64,000 nt of DNA from the IMG/VR virus record IMGVR_UViG_3300042453_005404, positions 186,001-250,000 of that record; one strand, written 5' to 3'. Of this stretch, positions 1 through 8,052 are shown in pieces. Position numbers and translations under genes: made by a program. The first letter of the stretch is position 1; each line of letters begins with the position of its first letter. Below the pieces are notes generated by a model, which did no database searches, had not been told where the DNA came from, and was given only the letters and a program-made list of their open reading frames with translations.

Positions 1-193
1 CTTCAAGATCCATATCATTTAATATCATTTTCTTGGTACTGCGATGCCGTTTAGACAATCCTACAGACTTACGATGCTGCCCCGGTATTGCTTGCAGTAT
101 TATTCTTTTCAAACGAAACCAATCAGTTTCGTTGCCTTGCACGTAAGATGCTACATACTCTACTCGCTCTTTAATGTAATCTGGCAATGGCAT
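1..193 (-). CDS. hypothetical protein, 3'-truncated by the window edge (MPLPDYIKERVEYVASYVQGNETDWFRLKRIIL...)
   Basis: Manual translation: open from ATG at 193 to position 1; ATATTTAT motif on the minus strand at 198-205. Confidence 0.65.
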   Translation of the reverse strand, partial: MPLPDYIKERVEYVASYVQGNETDWFRLKRIILQAIPGQHRKSVGLSKRHRSTKKMILNDMDLE

Positions 194-294
194 ATCGATA
201 AATATAATAGAACGTAACGTTGACATTTTTCATTTTGAACTAGAATACTTAATCTTTGTTATCTTTTTCTAGAAAAGACACTCAAGGTTAAGCA

Positions 295-2319
295 ATGGCT
301 AAAAAAGAAAAGAGCTTCTATCAGCGGCTAACACGATTGTTTCGCAGCGGTCCTGCGATTCGTAGAAAAGTTCGTGGTCAAGACTACAAAAACTTCTATG
401 ACAACCAAGTAGTTCAAAACAATCTTGGCTACTACGGTGCTGCTGGATTCAAGCGTGAAGCATCTCCGTTTTCTGTAATGGGAGCCTATGGCATCCTTGA
501 TCGTATGTCCAGATATGCAGAGTTTGCCGAAATGGAAAATACGGCAGATATAGCTACAGCATTAAACGTTTATGCTGATGAATCTTGTGCTTCAGATGAA
601 AACGGTAGAACGTTTCACATCTATAGCGATGTTCCACAAATCCAACGTGCATTAGAAGAACTCTTTTATGACGTAGTGAATATTGAGTTTAATGCTCGTC
701 GTATGGTTCGTAACCTTGTTAAAAACGGTGACTACTTCATGTATGTTGAAGTTGTTCCTGATTATGGTGTTATCAACGTAGAACCTCTTCCAGTAAACGA
801 AGTTGAACGTGAAGAAGGTTTTGATAAGCATGACCCTTACGCTGTTAGATTTAGACTTATAACAAGAGGCGGCAAGTATCTTGAAAACTGGCAGATGCTA
901 CACTTCCGTATTCTTGGTAACGATCTATTCCTTCCATATGGTACAAGCTTCCTAGAGTCAGCCAGAAGACCTTGGAGACAGTTAACCATGATGGAAGACT
1001 CCATGTTGGTATATCGTCTTGTAAGATCTCCAGAACGCAGAGTGTTTTACGTAGACGTAAGTGCCGTTCATCCAAATGATATTCCAAGTTATATGGAAGC
1101 TGTTAAAGAATCCATGCGTGGAGCAAGCGTTATCGAGCAACAAACGGGACGCCAAGACTTCCGTTATAATCCTCTTGCTATCGATGAAGACTACTTCCTG
1201 CCAACCAGACCAAACAATCAAACCAAGATTGAATCATTGGCTGGTGGACAAAACGCAACAGCTATCGAAGATGTTGAATATATTCACAAGAAGCTTATTG
1301 CAGCACTCATGGTACCAAAAGCTTATCTGACTTATGATGAAGCTATTAGTTCCAAAGCAACTCTTGCGCAAGAAGACATTCGTTTTTCCAGAACAGTTGG
1401 TCAGTTGCAAAAGATTTTGATTGCAGAGCTTAACAAGCTTGCAATGATTCATCTTTATGCGCTCGGTTTTTCTGGAGATGATTTGTTGAACTTTGATATC
1501 AAGTTTTCAAATCCATCAACTGTTGCCGTGCAGCAAAAGCTTGCTCTTATTTCAAGCAAACTTGAGATTGCAGCAAAAGCTTTGGAGTTAGGCAAAGAAA
1601 CCGGTTTGTTAAGCTTCAACTACATTCAACGAGAAATTCTTGGCTTGCGCCCAGAACAAATAAACATAATCAAACAAGAAGCTCGTCAAGATCAAGTTAC
1701 AATGGCCGAGCTTAAGAAAATCGCAGAGAATCCTCCGTTTGATAAAAGCATCGATTCAAACGTTGATATATTCGACAAAAGCAACTATGAAGTTCCTACT
1801 TCACCATATGCCCCAGACAAAAAAGAACTTCGCAAAGTTGAGATTCAAAATCAAGAAGAAGAGCAAGAGTATCAAGCCAAGCGAGCAAAAGAGCGTGAAG
1901 AAAAATCTGGAAATAACAGTGGTGCTCCTATTAGATTCAGTCCAACACCAAATCTTGATAAAAGCTTTAGAAAGTCTAGAAGAAGCAAAGCGTTTACAGG
2001 TGATCGAGCTCTTGTGATGCCAGACTTTAAAAAGATGTTGGATATCACCAACAATCGTTATGCAAAAGATCCATACGACATGGCATCAATACGTAAGTTT
2101 ATGTTAGAAGAATCTGAGATGGAGAAAGACTTGTTTGATAGAACTCACGGTTTACCGTTTGGCTTGACAAAAGAAATGCAAGCTTCGCTTAGAAAACTAA
2201 ATGAAACTTTGAATGCACATAAAACTGTACAATCAGTAGAACTAGTTAACGAAAAAACAAATTCGATCAATACCAATGATGAACTATTCCTTATAGAAAA
2301 AGAGTTGAAATCGGAATAA
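295..2319 (+). CDS. gp20: portal protein, T4 gp20-like, with long C-terminal extension
   Basis: Motifs DIATALNVYADES, MEDSMLVYRLVRSPERRVFYVDV, EDYFLP, IESLAGGQN, EDVEYIHKKL, LAQEDIRFSRTV; first gene of the head cluster. Confidence 0.93.
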   Translation: MAKKEKSFYQRLTRLFRSGPAIRRKVRGQDYKNFYDNQVVQNNLGYYGAAGFKREASPFSVMGAYGILDRMSRYAEFAEMENTADIATALNVYADESCASDENGRTFHIYSDVPQIQRALEELFYDVVNIEFNARRMVRNLVKNGDYFMYVEVVPDYGVINVEPLPVNEVEREEGFDKHDPYAVRFRLITRGGKYLENWQMLHFRILGNDLFLPYGTSFLESARRPWRQLTMMEDSMLVYRLVRSPERRVFYVDVSAVHPNDIPSYMEAVKESMRGASVIEQQTGRQDFRYNPLAIDEDYFLPTRPNNQTKIESLAGGQNATAIEDVEYIHKKLIAALMVPKAYLTYDEAISSKATLAQEDIRFSRTVGQLQKILIAELNKLAMIHLYALGFSGDDLLNFDIKFSNPSTVAVQQKLALISSKLEIAAKALELGKETGLLSFNYIQREILGLRPEQINIIKQEARQDQVTMAELKKIAENPPFDKSIDSNVDIFDKSNYEVPTSPYAPDKKELRKVEIQNQEEEQEYQAKRAKEREEKSGNNSGAPIRFSPTPNLDKSFRKSRRSKAFTGDRALVMPDFKKMLDITNNRYAKDPYDMASIRKFMLEESEMEKDLFDRTHGLPFGLTKEMQASLRKLNETLNAHKTVQSVELVNEKTNSINTNDELFLIEKELKSE

Positions 2320-2385
2320 ACATTCTACTTATCAAACAGCTAGCCGCAAGCAGCTATCTAATATATCTGTAAGCAAGGTAAAAAA

Positions 2386-3258
2386 ATGCAAAAGCTAAAA
2401 CACAACAAAAAACGAAACACTGGATTGCTGTACGAGTTCTTTACACGTTACATTGGAAAAGCTATTTTAGAAAACAAAGACAACGATATCGGTAAAGCAA
2501 AAACGTTGTTAAAGAAACACTTCAACAAAGGAACAGACACTTACAAAGAACTAAAGCTTTTTAAAGCTTTATCTGAAAGTACCGTTTCTAGTCGTGAACA
2601 AGCATTGCATCTAATCAACAGAATTCGTGAAACAGTTAAACTGCAAAGTCAAGCTCGTTTGGATTTAGAAAAAACAAGCTTGATTCATGAAGTTAATGCA
2701 AACCTAAACGCAGATCTTTTTTTCGAAGAAACAATCCCAGATTATAAAAAACTTGCAACCATTCAAGTGTTGTTAAACACTTGGAGAGATGAAACTCTTA
2801 AAGAATCTGTAAGCGAAACAATTCAACTTGAAGAACGTCTTGTTGAGTTTATGCTGGAGAAACGAAACACAGCCGAACAAGCTACAGAAGCCGCTAGCAT
2901 GACAACCGAAGATGTTGATCGTCTTGTTGTTAATATAATGACAGAAAAAGTTAATAACCGTTATAACAGTCTTAATACAGAACAAAAAGATATCATTCGT
3001 TTGTTTGTGTTTAGCAAAGATAATGAAACATCAAAAAAACAACTTTCTGAGAGTTTAGAAAAACTTAAGCGTCGTTTTCTTGGAACTGTTGCCGCTCACT
3101 CTCATGAGTTTTCGACCGACACAGTTCTAATGAACAAACTCAATGAAATCCGCACTACACTACAAAAAGATTATGACGACACTTCAGTTATTACTGAAGA
3201 ACTTGTAACCTTCTATCTTGGCTTATCAAAACTAGAAGGAGAGGTTAAGGCAAAATGA
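2386..3258 (+). CDS. conserved hypothetical head-cluster protein
   Basis: 290-aa ORF between portal and protease, 4-nt overlap with the protease start; N-terminus KLKHNKKRNTGLLYE resembles proteins I recall at this position in large T4-like phages. Confidence 0.75.
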   Translation: MQKLKHNKKRNTGLLYEFFTRYIGKAILENKDNDIGKAKTLLKKHFNKGTDTYKELKLFKALSESTVSSREQALHLINRIRETVKLQSQARLDLEKTSLIHEVNANLNADLFFEETIPDYKKLATIQVLLNTWRDETLKESVSETIQLEERLVEFMLEKRNTAEQATEAASMTTEDVDRLVVNIMTEKVNNRYNSLNTEQKDIIRLFVFSKDNETSKKQLSESLEKLKRRFLGTVAAHSHEFSTDTVLMNKLNEIRTTLQKDYDDTSVITEELVTFYLGLSKLEGEVKAK

Positions 3259-3866
3259 ACGACAAAAAGTTTCTTCTCAAAGAGTTTACCGCCTTTGAGT
3301 ACAACGATTTAGATCTAGATAAAAGAGAAGAAGGAAAGCCACTTGTTCTTAATGGCATTCTTCAAAAAGCTAACACATTAAACCAAAACGGTCGTGTGTA
3401 TCCTCGTCATATCCTTGAACGTGAAATCCGTAACTACGAAAAACTTATTCGTGAAAACCGTGCATTCGGTGAACTAGACCATGCTAATGAACCAATCGTC
3501 AACATGAAAAACATTTCTCACGTTATTCGTGAGATTTGGATGGAAGGTGACGTAGTGTATGGTAAGGTAGAAATACTTGATACACCATGCGGTAAGATTA
3601 TCGAATCAATCATCAAGGCAAAGTGCAAGCCCGGTATCTCCAGCAGAGCTCTTGGTTCTCTTCAAAGAGAAAACAATGTAAACGTTGTTCAAGATGACTT
3701 GCAGATTATTTGCTGGGACTTTGTGAGCGAGCCATCAACTCCCAATGCTTTTATGACATTATCAGAAGCAAAGATCATCGACGGTGAAACTGCTAGAAAA
3801 GCCTTTAAAAAGAGCGATTTTGTTGAAAGAGCAGCCAACGAAATCCTATCCCTCAAAACAAAATAA
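3255..3866 (+). CDS. gp21: prohead core protease, T4 gp21-like
   Basis: GILQKANTLNQNGRVYP, GELDH (catalytic His), GISSRALGS (catalytic Ser), WDFVSEPSTPNAF. Confidence 0.93.
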   Translation: MNDKKFLLKEFTAFEYNDLDLDKREEGKPLVLNGILQKANTLNQNGRVYPRHILEREIRNYEKLIRENRAFGELDHANEPIVNMKNISHVIREIWMEGDVVYGKVEILDTPCGKIIESIIKAKCKPGISSRALGSLQRENNVNVVQDDLQIICWDFVSEPSTPNAFMTLSEAKIIDGETARKAFKKSDFVERAANEILSLKTK

Positions 3867-3947
3867 CAACCATACCTGATACTTATTTCTAACCATACCA
3901 AGACCATACCGAAATATATTCTTGGTGGGTTAGAAAGAGAACGTTCT

Positions 3948-4316
3948 ATGTTGTTTTTTTATCAAGGTTATTCATCTTAGATGAATAAGCCAGACGTAAA
4001 AGAAAATCTACGGCAACAGCTTACGGGTAAGACGAGCGTTGAAAGGTACGGAGAAGCAAAAGCTGCGGAAGTGAAAAGAAAGCAAAGTTTATCTCGTAAG
4101 GGAAAATATACAGGCCAAGAAAGTTCAAGGTACAAAATTTTGAAAGATATACAGTTATGTTCTCCAGACGGAATGATTTATACTAATATTGAAGGAATCA
4201 AAGAATTTGCCGAGAAGCATGGTTTATCAAAAAATCATCTTTCTGAACTTTTATCTGGAAAAAGAAAAACACACCATGGATGGCACCTAGTTAATACAAA
4301 AGGTGATAATTTATGA
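3948..4316 (+). pseudogene. internally deleted GIY-YIG-family homing endonuclease: 10-codon N-terminus, TAG, then the DNA-binding part (ORF 3981..4316)
   Basis: MLFFYQGYSS* (3948-3980) resembles MEYKYEGHSL at the start of 15417; C-terminal SPDG...FAEKHGL...LLSGK...HGW module aligns without gaps to that of 15417; no catalytic motif present. Confidence 0.65.
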
Positions 4317-4426
4317 TGGCAGAAGCTAAACAATACGTTGCAAACATTGTTAAGACTGTGTTTACCAAAAGCGATCTTGTTGATCGTGCTGCAAACGAAA
4401 TATTAGCTCTTCGCAAAAAATCTTGA
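4313..4426 (+). pseudogene. orphan second copy of the protease C-terminus (37 aa, MMAEAKQYVANIVKTVFTKSDLVDRAANEILALRKKS)
   Basis: Aligns to protease 3753-3866 (MTLSEAKIIDGETARKAFKKSDFVERAANEILSLKTK); shared EAK, KSD, RAANEIL. Confidence 0.8.
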
Positions 4427-4465
4427 AACAATTTATCGCTAGTAAACAATAAGAAGTAACATACC

Positions 4466-4990
4466 ATGAAAATCCAAAAAACAGAGTTTAAAACGATTGT
4501 TAAAGAGTGCCTTAAGGAACTTGTTGCCGAGGGCGCATTAGATCATATGGTTAGTGGAATGCTTGCTGAACGCTCAAACGTTTTACAACAACAAGCTGTT
4601 ATGCAAGATCCAAGAATCAAAATGGCTGCAAATGGCAATCCAGTAATGCAACAAATATTTGCCGATACAGCTGTTACTTCGCTTCCAATGCAACAACAAG
4701 GTATTATGCCAAATGGAATGACTCTTCCCGCTGGAGTTAATCTTGCTATGCTTGGAGAAAATCTATCTTCGCCTTCTTCTTTTGGTTATGTTCCACAAGC
4801 ACGTAATCCATTACCTCCAAGAGATCCAAATGCTGTTGCTGCACTTCAACAAATGGCTCAACCACAGCAAACCCCTGCATCTACATGGGCTCGTTTAGCT
4901 TTTAACTCACCCATTTCAAACCGTCCCGGTGGACCAAGAGGCACCGGAGAAAATCATCTTCCCGGTTCTAAAAAAGGTACTTTCGAATAA
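4466..4990 (+). CDS. hypothetical protein, probable internal head protein
   Basis: ORF track; N-terminus KTEFKTIVKECLKE plus MLAE and MLGE sites; head-cluster location. Confidence 0.7.
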   Translation: MKIQKTEFKTIVKECLKELVAEGALDHMVSGMLAERSNVLQQQAVMQDPRIKMAANGNPVMQQIFADTAVTSLPMQQQGIMPNGMTLPAGVNLAMLGENLSSPSSFGYVPQARNPLPPRDPNAVAALQQMAQPQQTPASTWARLAFNSPISNRPGGPRGTGENHLPGSKKGTFE

Positions 4991-5054
4991 CGTTGTTTAT
5001 TTTTGGTTGTGATCTATAGTTATTCTTGTAGAAACAACTACAGGAGAATAGGTC

Positions 5055-5675
5055 ATGGCAACAAGAGTTAACTACGAATCAACAGAAGCACCCCCGGTAA
5101 TGGAAACAATTGCTGCGGGAAGTCTTGGAAAAAGAAATGAAGCTGGCCTCGCAGCGGCTTTTGATGGCCCTAGTGAGGGTACCAGACATGGTGCTCCTAG
5201 AAATACCAATGACAATCGACTTCAACTTATAAGTATTGCAAGAGAAAAAATGGCAGAATATGATGGTGGAAACCAAATGTTCCCACAATATAGGAGAAAC
5301 TTTGTTCCAGCACCTGATGGCCCCGAATACGTAGCAGTAAGAGACAAAAACACTGTTTCTGTTGGTGTTGGTACAGGTCTTGGTTCAGCATACTCCCCAA
5401 CCATTGCTTCTCCCGGCGCACAAAACGGAATCAATCCAACCACCCTAGCAAGTATTTCTAGCTCTATCAATGGTGCAGTTATCGATGTACTCGATAACCC
5501 AAGCATTGCAGTTCACCAAAACGTTGGTGATGCAATTACTGGCAGAACTGGTGAAAGGGTCGGAGAAACTGGTCAAGTTCGCAGATTTAGGCTTGCTGTT
5601 GGATCTGGTGGTGCAGCCCCTACTAATAATTCCATAGCTACCTCGGTTGGGCAGTTTCCTCGTCCATTAACATGA
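5055..5675 (+). CDS. hypothetical protein
   Basis: ORF track; AGGAG RBS; ATAGTTAT motif at 5016. Confidence 0.75.
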   Translation: MATRVNYESTEAPPVMETIAAGSLGKRNEAGLAAAFDGPSEGTRHGAPRNTNDNRLQLISIAREKMAEYDGGNQMFPQYRRNFVPAPDGPEYVAVRDKNTVSVGVGTGLGSAYSPTIASPGAQNGINPTTLASISSSINGAVIDVLDNPSIAVHQNVGDAITGRTGERVGETGQVRRFRLAVGSGGAAPTNNSIATSVGQFPRPLT

Positions 5676-5731
5676 TATTTAGTAAAACAAGCATATATAA
5701 GATTAAGTGAGTTTTTTAGGAGTTTAAACAC

Positions 5732-7990
5732 ATGTCAACACCCTTGTACCAAGAAGCCTTGATTGAAGCAAAAAAGCTTCGTGATGCAGCAGCAGCCGAA
5801 GCAAAAAATGCAGTTCTAGAAGCTGTGTCTCCATTGATCAAACAAATGATCGATAAAGAAATTTCTGGAATCATCTTGGAAGAAGGGGAACCACCTCCCG
5901 CACCAGAAGCTTCAGCCGATGTACCTCCACCTTCTCCACCAGCGCCTTCACCAGATGCAGGCTCAACAGGTCCAATCGGTGCTGCGCCTGCTGCCGGTGC
6001 GGAGGCCAAACCAACAATGCCGGGAATGACACCAGCAGTTGCTGCTGCTGCTCCTCCAATCAAATCTCCCGGCAGTGAAGTTATTGGCAAAATCGGTGTT
6101 GGACCAAATGGAGAACAACAACTCGTTGTCGATGTTGATTCTCTTTTTGAAAAAGAACCATTGCCAGCAACAACAGCAACAACAGCCATAACCCCCCCAG
6201 CAGAGGCAACACCCTCTACAGAAACAGCAGGATCAGAAGCTATGCCTCCAAATCCATCTTCACCAGAAGGTGAACAAACACCACAATCTCTTGAAGAAAT
6301 TTATCGTGCTGTACGTCGTTTCCTAAGTGAAGCAGATGCTCCTGCTCCTCCTGCTCCTCCTGCTGCTCCAGCAGCTCCTCCTGCTGCTCCTCCTGCTGTT
6401 CCTGATCCTGCTGCTCCTCCTGCTGTTCCTCCTGCTGTTCCTCCTGCTGTTCCTCCTGCTGCTCCTCCTGCTGCTCCTGATCCTGCTGCTCCTCCTGCTG
6501 TTCCTCCTGCTGTTCCTCCTGCTGTTCCTCCTGCTGCTCTTGATCCACTCAATCAAGCTGCGGGAGCAGCTCCAGTTCCACCACCAGTTCCACCACCGGG
6601 AGCAGCTCCAGTTCCAGATGCAAGTGCTCCACCTCCACCTGTAACTCCTGCTCCAGCAGCAGCGGGTGCTCCTGCTCCACCAATGCAAACTGAATACAAA
6701 ATCTTTAAACAAAACCTTGAACGTGCAGAAGGTTTGGTTAAAGCATTGCGTAGCAAGCAAGAAAATGGAAACATGTTGTTTTTGAAAGAAGCTTATGAAA
6801 AGCAACTTTTTTCACTTTATAACAACTTGCTTGGTTTAAAGGCAAAAAATGCAATATCCCCTAGACTATTTTCTTTCAATGAAGACAGATTGGGATTGCT
6901 ATATGAAAATCTGAACGTAATCACTAGTTATAAGCAAAATCCATTAACAAAGGGTAATATCATGGCAAAGAATAATTCATTGAAAGATTTAGTTAAATCA
7001 CTTTTTGAAGGTGCCGAAGGTTTTGAAGTAAAGGCACCAAATAAAATTGATCCCGCTGGAGATTCAACAGGTATCGACGACGAGCACCCTAAAAGTCATT
7101 CTGGTAATCCAAAAGGTATCAGAGTAGAAGCTGAAGATGCTCCATTCAGAACTAAGGAAAAGAAAGATTGGCCCGGTAAGCCATCACCAGAATCTCTTCT
7201 AGAACAACTAGAAGAAGAAATCGGTGAGCTTATGGCCGAAATGGAAAGGGATGGAACGAGCGACGATAGCAATCCATCAGACGAAGTTGTTCTTGAGCTT
7301 TCAGACAATGAAGTAATGTCTGAAGCTCGTAAGGCTCGCTCTCGTCTTAAGGCTCTTCGTGAACAAGCAGAAGACAGCCTTTCACTCACCATCGATCTAA
7401 AGGGTGTATCTGGTAAAGAAGTAGAAAATGTCAACGTATCGATTGATGGTGAAGAACTTGACGTTGATATGGAAGGCGGCGAGGAAGGTGAATTTGAAAT
7501 CGGCATGGAAGACGTTGAAGAGCCAGAAGACGACGTTAAAGAGCCAGAAGAATCAGAGGAAGACGACGTTGAAGAGCCAGAAGAAGAATCAGATTCGGAA
7601 GAAGAATCAGATTCGGAAGAAGAACTTCAAGAATCTCGTAGAATTGTTCGCAGAGCTATTAATGAAACCAAAACTCTTCGTGGACAGCTTCACGAGACAC
7701 AACTATTAACAGCTCGTTCATTGTATGTAAATAAGCTTTTCGTGAGGGACGAATTGACCGGGACACAAAAACGCAAAATCGTTGAGTATCTCGACAGTGC
7801 CAACACATTGGGAGAAGCAAAGGAAATCTACAATCGTATTGTACGTGTACTGGATGCTGGAAAGAAAAATGGGGAACTGATGAACGAATCAGCAGACCGT
7901 CCAGCACGAATGCTAGTAGAATCTGTAGAGCCAAGCTTCGACACTGCCCGCTGGCAAATTCTTGCTGGTGTGCGGAGAAACACAAAGTAG
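5732..7990 (+). CDS. prohead scaffold/core protein with Pro/Ala-rich and acidic regions
   Basis: Directly upstream of the major capsid gene; N-term YQEALIEAKKLRDAA, C-term LTARSLYVNKLF...ARWQILAGV; many LxE/MxE candidate protease sites. Confidence 0.75.
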   Translation: MSTPLYQEALIEAKKLRDAAAAEAKNAVLEAVSPLIKQMIDKEISGIILEEGEPPPAPEASADVPPPSPPAPSPDAGSTGPIGAAPAAGAEAKPTMPGMTPAVAAAAPPIKSPGSEVIGKIGVGPNGEQQLVVDVDSLFEKEPLPATTATTAITPPAEATPSTETAGSEAMPPNPSSPEGEQTPQSLEEIYRAVRRFLSEADAPAPPAPPAAPAAPPAAPPAVPDPAAPPAVPPAVPPAVPPAAPPAAPDPAAPPAVPPAVPPAVPPAALDPLNQAAGAAPVPPPVPPPGAAPVPDASAPPPPVTPAPAAAGAPAPPMQTEYKIFKQNLERAEGLVKALRSKQENGNMLFLKEAYEKQLFSLYNNLLGLKAKNAISPRLFSFNEDRLGLLYENLNVITSYKQNPLTKGNIMAKNNSLKDLVKSLFEGAEGFEVKAPNKIDPAGDSTGIDDEHPKSHSGNPKGIRVEAEDAPFRTKEKKDWPGKPSPESLLEQLEEEIGELMAEMERDGTSDDSNPSDEVVLELSDNEVMSEARKARSRLKALREQAEDSLSLTIDLKGVSGKEVENVNVSIDGEELDVDMEGGEEGEFEIGMEDVEEPEDDVKEPEESEEDDVEEPEEESDSEEESDSEEELQESRRIVRRAINETKTLRGQLHETQLLTARSLYVNKLFVRDELTGTQKRKIVEYLDSANTLGEAKEIYNRIVRVLDAGKKNGELMNESADRPARMLVESVEPSFDTARWQILAGVRRNTK
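6340..6540 (+). repeat. Pro/Ala coding repeat (CCTCCTGCTG(C/T)T units) with an exact 63-bp duplication at 6401-6463 and 6476-6538
   Basis: Read directly; 75-nt period. Confidence 0.9.
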
Positions 7991-8052
7991 CACATAGTTA
8001 GAGATAAGATACCATATTAGGTACTAGAAAACAACGAATAAGGAGATTTTAA

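Noticed and set aside
3948-3980. Amber (TAG) recoding suggested by in-frame TAGs at 3978 and 37567
   Set aside because: Many intact genes end in TAG followed by a normal intergenic region or next gene (e.g. 7990, 15365, 21562, 52420), and long ORFs are not fragmented, so the standard code fits.
3867-4312. Group I intron in the protease gene
   Set aside because: The upstream gene already has a complete C-terminus and stop codon, and I could not recognise P/Q/R/S core elements. It is not fully excluded without a covariance-model search.
6240-6805. Poly-Q/E, poly-L and Gly/Ala antisense ORFs
   Set aside because: They are shadows of the Pro/Ala repeat in the scaffold gene.
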